DNA of 61,766 nucleotides, filler included, from Catajapyx aquilonaris (lineage: Eukaryota), in NCBI GenBank assembly GCA_000934665.2. It is 2 parts of 2 records of this genome, joined end to end, with 100 filler letters (N's around TTAATTAATTAA, not from the genome) between each part and the next. Parts side by side here need not be neighbours in the genome. Positions count along the whole stretch, not along the records: positions 30,921 to 61,766 come from JYFJ02004622.1; 1 more part is not named here. One strand, 5' to 3'. Shown in pieces: positions 31,966-42,569 of the stretch. The translations under genes were made by a program, and so were the position numbers. Positions within the stretch are counted from its first letter, which is position 1; the number at the start of each line of letters is the position of its first letter. Under the pieces are notes generated by a model. The model was not told the DNA's origin. It searched no databases and saw only the letters and a list, made by a program, of their open reading frames with translations.

Positions 31966-34900
31966 CTGTAAAAGAAAATCTCTATTAGTGACTTTAATTA
32001 TGTCATAAAGATGTAGTTCAAACACTTGGGAAGCACAACCTATTTTAAACTGAATCGCAAGGGCTGCATGGAAGGAGTAATCACAATTATGCAGAATCAA
32101 AGGTTCTCTTCAAGCATACATAACAATATTATCAGTTTTCACTTATTTTCTTGATTAAAAAATCAATCCAGATTCATTGTACTTGAATGGAGGGGGATGG
32201 GATCCTTTTTGCTCATCATCATTTTGATCAAAATGAATTCAAGTGATAAATACTGCATTGCTGAAAAATATGCATCCTACCTTTCTCTTTTCAATGTACT
32301 GTTGAAGAAATGACTCCACTTCCAGTTCCTTAGCCAAAAATTTTTCAGCCACTACCTCACTCTCCTCTTCTGCTTCTTGGGCAGCCACCTTTAACTTTTC
32401 CTTATGAAAAAAAATCATGGACATAAGCAATGATTTAAGCTTATACTTACTACATATGAAGCACCCAGAATGAAAACGTGCATAACTCCAAAAAAACCAA
32501 AATTCTGTTTATGATCGCAAGCCTAGGTGCAACAGCTGCAGAGAGGAAACAACCTAAAGGCCGGTATCCACGTACAAGAATCTTGCATACAAGGAGCCGC
32601 GAGGAGCCAACTGCGCATGCCCAGATACGAGGAAAGGGGAAAAAGTAGAAAATTTTCTACTTTTTCCCCCTTTTCTCCAATCTGGGCATGCGCAGTTGGC
32701 TCCTCGCGGCTCCTCGTATGCGAGATTCTCGTACGTGGATACCGGCCTTAATTCCACACGGAACACGGGATAAGATGGGGCCAAAACCCCAACCTAACCT
32801 TTTTTGGGAGTATGGTTGCTTTCATTCTCAGTGACCTGGTGCATGGCGATAGCCATTTGTCCAAAAGGTTGGTTGGGGCAAAGTTTGATGTCATTATCAT
32901 GAATGGTCATGATTTCAAAGGGCATTTTGTGCCGATTTTTACGCGGTCTGTCACTGCTTCTGATTTCAAAGTGCAAGATTCTGGAATACTCAAAGGTGCA
33001 CAAGTTTCAGGCCAGGGCATCACAAACTATGTCTGGTACTATGTGGCAGTCATATGTTGGACAGAGGAAAGCAACATGTGTCCCATTTCCTACTGAAGCA
33101 TTGTACAAGGAATTCCTTCCAGTAAAGTCAGCAAAATTGACAGATGCTCTGAAACTGTGCAAGTACCTCATATCAGCTGAAGCTGACCGATTGATCAGGT
33201 CGTTGAAGTCTGTTGACAGTGACAATGACTCAGAATCTGATTAGTAAATCAGTGTGTCTGTATTGTAGGGATTTTGATGTAGTATATATGATGTATTTTT
33301 TATGCCTGTGGGAATGAATGCTCCACCAACAATGCAATACAGAATGAAACTGATTAACGTGCATTTATCCATGATCCACAGAAGGAGGGTACAGTTACCT
33401 CGATAAAAGTGTTCATCAAGAATGAAAGGAACCTAACTCCACATGATATATCTTGATTTGGTGCCTATCCCATGGGGAGGAACCAGTCTGTCGGTGGTGG
33501 AAGAAGTAGCTTATAACATAGTCCTAGGCCATGTGAAGCCACGTTTCACTTATTTAGGTACTAACAACAGGAGGCAGAAAAACGTTCCCCTGAAAAATTT
33601 GTAATTTTGGAGTTATGCGCATTTTCATTCTGGGTGCATCATATGAATGCACTTATTATTACCTGTATGCTGCTAGGGGCATACTTGTCAGCTAATGTTT
33701 GGTACTTCTGCGTGAAAAGGTCATATTCTGCCTTCAACGCACTGAGTTCATCTAATTTTTGAAGAATGTGAGCCTTGCCTTGTTCAACAATGGGCTGCTT
33801 CTCAAAGTTTCTTTCTGAAAAAGTGGAATGGAAATCAATTAAAAGATCCTACATATATTAAGATCCTATCAGGAAAATATGACAAAATGAAAAACAAAGT
33901 ACTGGATAAGCAAAAGGGCTAAGTATGTCTTATACAGAATGCCCTGTATTATTATTCAGGGTGATTTTCTAGAATCCGAACCCAAACATTACTCAATAAC
34001 TTTTTAATTATTGTATGGTTCTATGAATATTGACCTTGTATGATGCCAAACCAGGTCTGCCTAAACCCTAAAGCAAATTCTGTAAATGGTCCCCTCCAGC
34101 ATCCAGGAATATTTGAATGCAAGTCTTCATATTGGCATACAGTATATACACTATGTGCTAATGTGACATAATGGCAGCAAACTCCCGCCGTATCGGGGCT
34201 AGAGAGCGTCAATTGTTCTGGACTTAATCCTGTATATGATGTGCGACCCTTCAGTAAACCCCACAAGAAGAAATCAGGTCTGGTGGGGCCCCCTCAACTG
34301 GCTTCAGCTCTCCGAGGCCAGGCAGGTGTGCCTGGCTGCCCTGCTTCCCTCTGCACGGCCCTGTATATGCCAATATGCAGACTTGCATTCAAAAATTCCT
34401 GGATGTTGGAGGGGACCATTTCCAGGATATGCTTTTGTTATACAAATTAAGTACTTGTCAATTTTCATTGAGAACCATACAATAATTTAAAAGTTATTGA
34501 GGAATGTTTGGGTTTGGATTCGAGAGAATCACCCTGTATTATTGCATACAATATATGCATTTACGAGGGTTGGATTTTCAATAGTGGCAACCCTGTTTCC
34601 CTTGCGCACGGAAACGGGGTTGCGACTTCTGCACAAGAAGGGAGATCCAGACAGACGTGGAGCTTGTTCATGTCAAGTTTGGACCCAATTGTGCTACTGG
34701 TGATGGTGACAGGGTAGTTCAAAGGGGCCGCATCCTTGTGCACCGCCCTAAGCCATGGCATTGAAGTTAGAACAAGACTATTGGTGTCATATTGTGTCAT
34801 GCTGTACCTGAGGGCAGGACTGTCAATGCCCAGTACTATCGCAACTGCTTAGAACACCATCTGAGAGCAGCGATACGACGCAAGAGACCGCACTACCTGA

Positions 34901-37188
34901 ACACCAGCCCTATCACGTTGCACGACAATGTGCCTTGCCAGGTTGCAGCTGCAGTGAGAATATTATGGCTTTGTCTCTGTGGGTAGATTAAATAAATAAA
35001 TATTATTGCTTTGTTGGCAATGAGAAACACTGGAGCACCCTCCCTATACTCTCCAGACATGAGAAGTTGTGATAGTACTAGACATTGACAGTCCTGCCTC
35101 ACCACCTTGATCTTCAACCAAGAGCGATGTTCTAACTTCGATGCCATGGCTTAGGGCGGTGCACGAGATGCGGCTCCTCTGAACTACTATGTCTCTGTCA
35201 CTATTAGCACAATCGGGTCCCAACTTAACACCAACAAGCCCCACGTCTGTCTGGATCTCCCTTCTTGCGCAGAAGCCACAACCCCGTTTCTGTGCACAAG
35301 GGGAACAGGGTTGCCACTGTTTAAAATCCAACCCTCGTATTTGTTAAAATGAGTAGTGCTGGAATAGCTGATATACTGCATGACAACATTAGTGGCCCAT
35401 GTTAAAATTGTGCTGCATCATACAAGACCTGCTTATTTCTGCCTTGATGGGAGGCAGGCACATGCAAGCCATCCATTACACCATCACAGTCAGTCATTCA
35501 CTCTACCCAAACTCTCTCCCCCACTTTCACATGTTCATGTCCTCCCTCAAGGAAATGGATAACACTGAAGCTTGCTTTCGAGTGTGGGACAAGTCAGAGC
35601 ACTATGACCGGAGCCATGTGTCATCCATCACTGCAAACCGTTTGAAAAAACCATCACCCTCAATGTGATCAAGTTCCACGTGAGGGCAAAATGGTGGCTC
35701 TTTTGCACCTCAAAGAGATGGGGAGGAACCAGTGAGGATGCCAACTTTCTGAGACCTTTCAGTCTTTCAGAGTTCTAAGCATAGTGCTCTGACTTGTCCC
35801 ACACTCGAAAGCAAGCTCCTGTGTTGTCTGTCTCCGTCTCCAAGTGTCCCTGAGGAACAGCGCATAAATACACAGCATAAAGATTCTGCTCCAACGAATT
35901 GGTAACGTCCCATGTATCTGTTTACATGCGCCCAGAACGTTGTTTCCCAATTATTCATTAATGATGAAGTATTTATGTTGAACTTGGTGTCAGCCAGCGT
36001 AAGAAGAAGTGATTGAAAGTGAAGGAATAATTATAAATTTTCCTTCCTGGGAGCCTTGGGAGCCCGTTCGTAGGTGCAGATGGCCGTAAGTTGGGTTGTT
36101 CGTAAACTGGGGACTACCTGTATTTGGAATTGACATTTTTTTGTGTAGTTCTTTAATACAAAAAGCATTTTGAACTATTAAACCTCAAATGGCTGATGCA
36201 CTTGAGCATCAAGGTCCTGCCACCTTGAACTTGATTTTGAAAATTTCCACATTTAGTACAATGAAAACTGCCCATTACGAACCCTGGGTATAGGGGAAAC
36301 CTATCCATTGCAGATTTTTTTTCTGGGAACAGGTGTATGTATAGGGCATGCTATGTGTTTTTTGACTGATATTATGGAACCTGCCCAACGTGGAAATGGA
36401 AGGGATTTTTGTCTCCCTTCAGAAAAAATCTCTGTTCATACCGGACATCAAAAAGGTTCACATTATCTCCTGTGAGTCACAGAAATAGAAACTACAGCCG
36501 GCTTCACTCTAGGGGCCTCCCAGAAGGCCTCTGACTGCTCTGAGTAACCCATTTTGGACCGTCCTTTCACCATACTGTGTCTCATAATTGCTGGGATTGC
36601 TATTGGCCTGTATCCTTGAAGATATTGAGAGGAAAGGGGACAATTTTTTGTTGGAAAACGGAGAGGCGGCTTGTTGGGAGGCCAAGAAGATGGTGACTCA
36701 TGTGATTCGTAGGTGGCCTGCATTCAAGTTTACTTCACGGTTCAGTCCAGTTTTAAAATGTCGGGGAAGAGGAAGCGGTTGACAAAGGCTCAATGTAGGC
36801 TATTGCTTGTGTCTGGGCCTATGGTCCAAAAGAGCAGGCAAAATTAATATCCCAAAAACTTGGCAAAAGTTAGTGTTTCAAATGGGTGGCCAGAAATCCT
36901 ATCATATCCATTGCGTTTTTTTGGGGGTCTCATGCGATTCCATAATACACAGATTTCACTGTACTTTTGTTCGTCTCCTTACTGTTATGCATTACCTGCG
37001 AGTTCCTTAGTTGATGCTGTTAGGGCATCCAAGTTATCCTGAATCTGCCTAGTTTGTGGCAACTTCTCCAAGAATTCTTCCAATCTGTCATCACTTCTGT
37101 CAAGGTCACTGAGTTGGGAATGAGATAGTTCAGAAAGCTCTGGGAAACTTGGGGGGATTGGGGGAAACTGTGGGTAGTATCGGTTCAT
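31891..37188 (-). CDS. VPS37A: ESCRT-I subunit VPS37 family (Mod(r) domain; VPS37A-like C-terminus); join(36996..37188,33663..33814,32281..32400,31891..31965), about 179 aa
   Basis: MNRYYPQFPPIPPSFPELSELSHSQLSDL...STKELAERNFEKQP...DKYAPSSIQEKLKVAAQEAEEESEVVAEKFLAKELEVESFLQQYIEKRKLSHCRRVKEEKLHNQLKELQKAGF*. GT-AG introns, 540 nt in frame. The start codon and the paralog call (A versus B-D) are less certain. Confidence 0.82.
32281..32400 (-). CDS. VPS37A: VPS37 internal exon
   Basis: EKLKVAAQEAEEESEVVAEKFLAKELEVESFLQQYIEKRK, Mod(r) signature. Confidence 0.9.
32458..33640 (+). mobile_element. Sola1-like deletion derivative in a VPS37 intron
   Basis: TIR GA(A/T)GCACCCAGAATGAAAA..GCATAACTCCAAAA; ATAT TSD; relic ORF ending LPVKSAKLTDALKLCKYL. 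Confidence 0.68.
32558..32748. mobile_element. Harbinger/Tourist-like palindromic MITE nested in the Sola1-like element
   Basis: TAA-AGGCCGGTATCCACGTAC...GTACGTGGATACCGGCCT-TAA; near-perfect palindrome. Confidence 0.82.
33663..33814 (-). CDS. VPS37A: VPS37 internal exon
   Basis: (E)RNFEKQPIVEQGKAHILQKLDELSALKAEYDLFTQKYQTLADKYAPSSIQ; TTTTTCAG acceptor. Confidence 0.88.
33957..34536. mobile_element. Tc1/mariner-type MITE (second copy of 11795-12386)
   Basis: Same CAGGGTGATT TIRs and internal sequence. Confidence 0.82.
34564..35337 (+). mobile_element. Mariner deletion derivative with extended (about 230-bp) TIRs
   Basis: TA-CGAGGGTTGGATTTT...AAAATCCAACCCTCG-TA; relic GRTVNAQYY...LRAAIRRKRP...LHDN...HPPYSPD. 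Confidence 0.85.
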
Positions 37189-37219
37189 CCTCACTAGGCA
37201 GCTCTGTTCAGACAGTAAC
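36996..37219 (-). CDS. VPS37A: VPS37 exon containing proposed start ATG (37188)
   Basis: CTTTTAG acceptor at 37221-37220; PPSFPELSELS motif; donor G|GTAATG. Confidence 0.85.
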
Positions 37220-37413
37220 CTAAAAGTACAACACAATATAATAAATAATTATATTAAAATTTAACAGCAATGTTTGTAATGTCACTAAATGATACATGCC
37301 CATTCATTGAATATTCAGATGGCAATGGAACGTACATAAATGACAGTCAATGAACAGGTGTTACTTCGGCTAGCACTTGGCCACAATCCATTGTTAATAT
37401 GCCTTATACTGAC

Positions 37414-37888
37414 CTATATCTTGCAGTGGAAAGTGCCAGGTACAATCAGAGAAAATGTTGTGTCCCCTGACCGATCAATCAATCGTAATTACACTCGAAA
37501 TCGCTCTTCCACTCAAACGGGCGAAGCCATCTTGGAAAGAAGACAAGGTTCCAGATGCCAGGTCACAGTGGTAGTTCTGAGTACAGTTCTACCTTCGAGT
37601 TCTACACGTAAAACAATATGCCGGAAAGAGCTGTAAATTTTTCCCATGTTTTACTTCAGTTTGGTAACTATAACTAAGCACCATCGCTTACAGTGTTCTG
37701 GCACCACGTATTAGTGGTATCGATATGATCGTCTGGATAGTCTTAATGGTATCTTGACGTCACTGCTAACAGAACAAGTCGACATCATCACTTGTGTAGA
37801 TTTCAAGCTGCTTTTACCACATCTGGGAAGGGAGATAGCCGCACGTTCCTGATGCTTTAGTGCCCTTCAAGGGAGCGGGTCAGGGAGC
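37414..37888. promoter_or_regulatory. Probable bidirectional promoter and 5' UTRs of VPS37 (-) and PICK1 (+)
   Basis: DRE TATCGATA 37718-37725, CRE TGACGTCA 37755-37762, YY1/Pho-like AAGATGGC on minus 37526-37533, minus-strand donor AG|GTCAGT at 37414/37413; the two ATGs are about 700 bp apart. Confidence 0.65.
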
Positions 37889-37941
37889 ATGGCGGGGATG
37901 CTAGACTACGAGGATGACTTCTTCTACGAAGAGGACAAGAT
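37889..37941 (+). CDS. PICK1: PICK1 coding exon 1
   Basis: Acidic N-terminus LDYEDDFFYEEDK; phase-2 donor AT|GTAATG; second in-frame ATG at 37898. Confidence 0.88.
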
Positions 37942-40900
37942 GTAATGCATACAAGTTGTTGCAGGCCTAACAGATTGGTGTAAAGTGCACGGCACGCAGC
38001 ATGAAGTAGTGGAATCGCTCTTTAACAATTATTTAGGCCTGGGTGTATGAACGCAGACGCAGGGAATATTTTCGACAGTGTGTAGGTTTTCACAGTACAT
38101 ATCGAACATTTTCCCCTAATTTGAATTGATGCAACTAGGCCTTAGTCACTTTCGATTAGGTTATAATTTAACACTTTTGATGCTAATCACCTGTTAGAAT
38201 TTCTCTCGTTGTTAGTAAAAGCAGCTACACTTCAACACCATTAACTAAAACTTATTGGAGAGTTAAAATGAGATAAGATCAATGTACAGGTATGAGAAAA
38301 AAACAGCAACATTAGGTTGTGTCGGGGACACAAACCACAGCTTTTTACGTTAATACGTCCAAAAAATCGGATCAGTATTGGGGGGAGTGAATTGATTGTT
38401 TATTATCAGTATTGAAGGATGATTTTATTGATTAAAGCCTGGTGATAGCTGAAGTATGAAACAAACTGCATGCAAGATACATGTAGATTTGTGGCGAATG
38501 TAAGGTCAATGCAAGTGTTTCCAAGCATGGTCAGCTCGTCATGGCGGGGGCCCCTAGCAGGGCTCTGACTGTTACTGGTATTGTAGCCAACAGCCATCAC
38601 GGGACTGGGACCCACATGGTGACCCTAAAGTCTGGACACATACATGGTGACCCTAAGCACCCTGCATGCCCCCACCATGGAGGGCCCCCCTGGCAGGGCC
38701 CTGACTGTGACGCTTTTTCGTTATGCTCGAGTTTTCCTGCAGGGCCCTTAATTGTAACGCTTCTTCATTACTGATCTGATTTTAAAGACTATTCACGTCA
38801 AAAGGGAGGAGGATGGACCAGGGTGAGGGCCTGCAACAAGTTACGTGTAAAACTGGTTGGTGAGGTCTCAACTCAACACTACAGGAGGGGATGTTTGGTT
38901 TATTGGGGAGCGAAAGCAGCTACAGGTCCGTCTGGCATAGGGAGCATGAGGAAGGGTTTTAGGACCATGGGAGGAAACAGGAGAACCCTCAGAAAACCTG
39001 TGTGAACACTGAGAAAACGTCTTTGACCTTTTCCCTCGCAAGAAAATCCTCTGCCTGACCAGGGGCTCAAAGGGATCCCAGAGGCTGGAGCACTAACCAT
39101 TACACCACATTGCTGCTGCATCAATGGTGGATGTCAATCTTAATAACACTTGACCATGAAATAACACATGAGCAGAGACATTAGAGCAGTTTTACCTGTG
39201 GCTTCTGAATCTGGTCTGTGGCCATCTTTCTGTGCTCAATTGTTTGTTGGACTATTTTCCTGAAATTCAGAGTAGCATCTGCTTGAAGCTTGACCAGGGG
39301 CTATATGCTGCATCACTGTGAGAATTATCACCAGTGAGTTCAATCACGCCAGATTTGTTAGCCCGAGGCCATAAAGCAGTGGTTGAAGTTTTCACCATTG
39401 TGTTGTAGCCTTGAGCGAGCAAATCAGGAGGGAATGAACTTCTGCTGAGAATTCTTAAATTGCAATACAGGATAGGGCCCCAGAGGTCTTACCAGGCTAA
39501 CACAACTTCCATTTGTATCAGGAATATAATGCTGTCATGCCTGCCATACCTCATTATTTTAATATTTTCATACTTTTTCCTATCTATTATTGAGAAATTT
39601 ATATGCTTGAGAGTAAATTCTACTGCATAAATTAAGAGTAACAATGAGCACTTGCATGTTATTTTAGTTGAGGTTGCACATTTTGAATGTGATTTTTTTT
39701 TTTTTCCAGGCACGTTCCCTTTTTACACACCTTGAGTTGCTGATTTTTATAAGTACTTTTGGTTGGCCACATCTAATTGTTTTATGGCTTTTGGTCCACT
39801 ATACGAGTACTCCCTGCTGTCGCAAATCAACGACACAGAAAGGAGTGACAGAATGGCTGGTGTTGACCTATGGATGCTCTCAATGGTCGAAGATCGCATG
39901 TAGGTGTTTCGCATGTTTTAAGAATTTTCACTATACCTATCAGCTTTAATTTCAATTATGCATGGTAATTTTTTGGAGGTTTGGGACCTGGCTGTTTTGT
40001 GTGGGGTAGAATATATGCTGCTAATATTTGTGATGCTTGGAAGCTGATATTTGTGGACCATTGATTGAAAGGAAAATACACAGAACATATTTATCTGAGT
40101 CAATATTCAGTAAAGGTACTATATGTTGTCCCAATACAATAAATGGTATACAGGGTTGGGCAAAATGTATAGCCTGATTTGAATCATGTGGTACGGTGTT
40201 GCTGTTTGCACATGCATGGGATATGGGCATGTGTTGTAGTGGGGAAGATATGCCATTTGCAAAAATGGTGTCATCAGCATTTGTCGTGGAGACTTATTTT
40301 AAAAATAATGAGTCTCCCGTAGCTCTGCAGAGGATGTTTCGTCACCATTTTGGGCTGGGACTTCAGAACAGAATCCCTGACCACCGGATGACCATTAGGT
40401 GGGTGAAGCAGTTTGGGACACACCATCATGCTGGGACCAGAATAGCACTGGACATCCAAGGGCTCAGCAGACCCTTCAAATGGTGCAAGAGGTACGCAAT
40501 GTGCTACTCTAAAGTCCTCGGCGATCAGCCATTACAAGTGCCCAAGAAAGTCCTTAGCGAAGGTATTTCTGACCACTTTGTCCCGTACATACAATTGAAC
40601 CCCTCCCTCAAAGAAGGGTTTATCTCGCAAAATTGCCGAAATTGAACTGGCCAGTGGAGAAGGTAGTATCCCTTCTGCTACATCATAGGCTACCATCTGG
40701 GTCTGTCTGTGGCAATTTCTCTCACTGCAGTAGAGCTTCCAAGGTAGCTTGTTGGAGAAGAAGGGTGTATTTGCTGCAGTCATTACACAGTTGTATAGGG
40801 AATGAGAAAGGGCTGGCCAAACATCAAGTTATTTTGGATTTTTACAATATTATTATGAAATTTCGCACCTCCGTGGTGTTTCGAGGTCACTAATTTAAAA

Positions 40901-42501
40901 TCATGTGCTAACAACCTTTTAAAATAAAAATTTGGCTTATCCAAAATGGCAGGCAAATTGTGAGAAAATTCTCAGATCCAGCTGAAAATGTGTAGAGGGA
41001 TGTTTTCTACGACCCGGATTTTATATCCAATGACATAACAAGATTGGCAAATCATGCAAGCGTGATTTGGATACACTTTTTCTCATTGCCAAGGAACCCA
41101 AAGAAACCTGCCTGTAGACTTGACCTTGCTGGATAGAGTGGACCCAGGAAACTGGAAGTGGCCGTTCACCGGAAGTTGGCCATGAAACCTAGAATCTGAA
41201 AACCGTTTGTCACTATCTCTTTAGGCATATACAGTAAAACTTCTATAAGTTGAATCTCCCTGGGACCGGGGAGAAACTTCAAATTATAGATGATTCGAGT
41301 TAGAGAAGTTTGGAATTTTTAAAGCACAGAACTCGATAAGGAAGCCTACCTTTATATCCAGCGACAAAAGGTGTTCAAAACTTAAAAATAACTGTCACTA
41401 TCACTCTTACAATGTTCCTCGTTGTTTTGGTGTTAAAAAACCTCCGTTATGGACATTTGCCTACTCTTAAATTCAAGGATTCAATTGTCACAATCGAGTC
41501 AAACACTTCTTTTGGTACGTCTGGTAGACGGAGATCAGAAAATTGAGCCTTTCTGTACATGTGGCCTACTCTCGACCCTTCGTCTGGGAAATGAGGAAAT
41601 TTTCCGTACTCGCCAACATGAACTTGGACTTAGGGAGACTGAAAATGCATTGATATCCCATCGTAAGGCCCTGCCAACACTTCGAGTTATGGAGAACTTG
41701 GAGTTATAGAAATTCTAGTTAGGGAAGATTATTTCCTATTATTTTACATTGTGACCAACCAAGCCCATAATTTTATTCGACTTATAGAGAACTTCGACTT
41801 AGGGAAGTTCGACTTGTAGAAGTTTTACTGTAGTTATGAAATAAAACCACTTGGGTGGGTACAAGAGATGATGTAATGGTACAGGAGGGAGGGGGGGGGG
41901 GGGNGGGGAAAGAGTGACAAGAGTGACATGACAGGGGTATGTGACACCTTTTTGGTCCACTTAAAACATATGTGGGAATAGTTAAGACGTTCAGTTTATT
42001 GCTGCTGTAATCATCGGAGAAGAAGGGTGTATGTGCTACTGGAGATACACCCTTCTTCCAGAGTTTTGCTTTTAAAATCAGTTTTTCAACGTCAGGGTAA
42101 TGTTTTTCATAGTAAATTCTTTATCAAGAAATTAAGTGTGCTTCCTTTCAAAGATATTTCATGTGTCACACATATTTATAATTTTGCGAGGGGAGGCGGA
42201 GTGGTGCTGCGGTAACGCACACGCCCACGGATGTTAAGGTCCCGATCCCAGCCCGGGGACACCTCCTTAATCTCATGCAGAGTTCGGGGTCACCTCTGGC
42301 TTCGTCTCGGGTGGTATTTCCAATAGACTAAACCACCCAGGGAGTTCACAAAATGACCACAGCTATGACATTGCACTGCACCTTGCACATCCCCTCCTGT
42401 CATCCTGCCCGTGGGCCCGGGCGTGTTACAATGTACTGTACAACTAATTAACAAATAAAGGTCTGTGCAGATACCGCTAAAGGTGAGCACTATACCCAGC
42501 A

Positions 42502-42569
<68 letters not shown>

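Noticed and set aside
39195..39260. Possible small minus-strand exon (TTTCAG...CAG|GTAAAA) that might extend VPS37
   Set aside because: Translation shows no similarity to VPS37A N-terminal motifs and no supporting neighbouring exons were found.
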